DNA of 32,951 nucleotides from assembly GCF_001194135.2 (NCBI RefSeq), contig NC_068994.1, positions 45,562,107 through 45,595,057 on the forward strand, written 5' to 3'. The DNA is from Octopus bimaculoides. Its lineage: Eukaryota. Shown here piece by piece: positions 32,870-32,951 of this stretch. Position numbers and translations under genes: made by a program. The notes beneath the pieces were generated by a model, which was given only the letters and a program-made list of their open reading frames with translations, was not told where the DNA came from and made no database searches. Numbering within the stretch: the first letter of the stretch is position 1; every line of letters begins with the position of its first letter.

Positions 32870-32951
32870 GTCGGCACAAGTCCCGAAATTTTTGGGGAGG
32901 GGTCCAGTCGATTATATCGACCCCTGTACAAAAGTGGTACTTAATTTACCG
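32870..32951 (-). mobile_element. SINE family 'A' 3' part; continues beyond window end
   Basis: Minus strand reads GGTAAATTAAGTACCAC...CAGGGGTCGATATAATCGACTGGACCCCTCCCCAAAAATTTCGGGACTTGTGCC. Confidence 0.8.

Noticed and set aside
809-32931. Dozens of long ORFs in the supplied track (YIYI, THTH, CVCV, ERER, poly-X)
   Set aside because: Translations of dinucleotide and trinucleotide microsatellites or N gaps; no coding signal

Overview
AT-rich eukaryotic (animal) genomic DNA from a gapped assembly: eight N-gaps total about 3.9 kb, and most are flanked by microsatellites. The SINE heads and repeat spectrum resemble Octopus/cephalopod DNA (inference from recalled repeat families, not a search). 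I found no host protein-coding gene, tRNA/rRNA gene or CRISPR array. Nearly all listed ORFs are microsatellite or N-gap artefacts, or off-frame readings of dead transposons. The window is a transposon graveyard. It holds about 12 copies or fragments of at least four tRNA-derived SINE families, two RTE-clade LINE relics and two REL-endonuclease non-LTR relics (Hero-like and R4/Dong-like). It also holds a Penelope-like GIY-YIG fragment, an internally deleted mariner with both TIRs, a probable non-autonomous Helitron, and cryptic 7-, 14- and ~30-bp tandem arrays. Most notable: (1) an RTE LINE with the 5'-inversion geometry of twin priming; (2) a Helitron-like element retaining an STPR-type repeat; (3) a decayed minimal hammerhead-ribozyme motif; (4) two SINE-in-SINE insertions with visible target-site duplications. 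I do not see convincing evidence of a new functional biological system.
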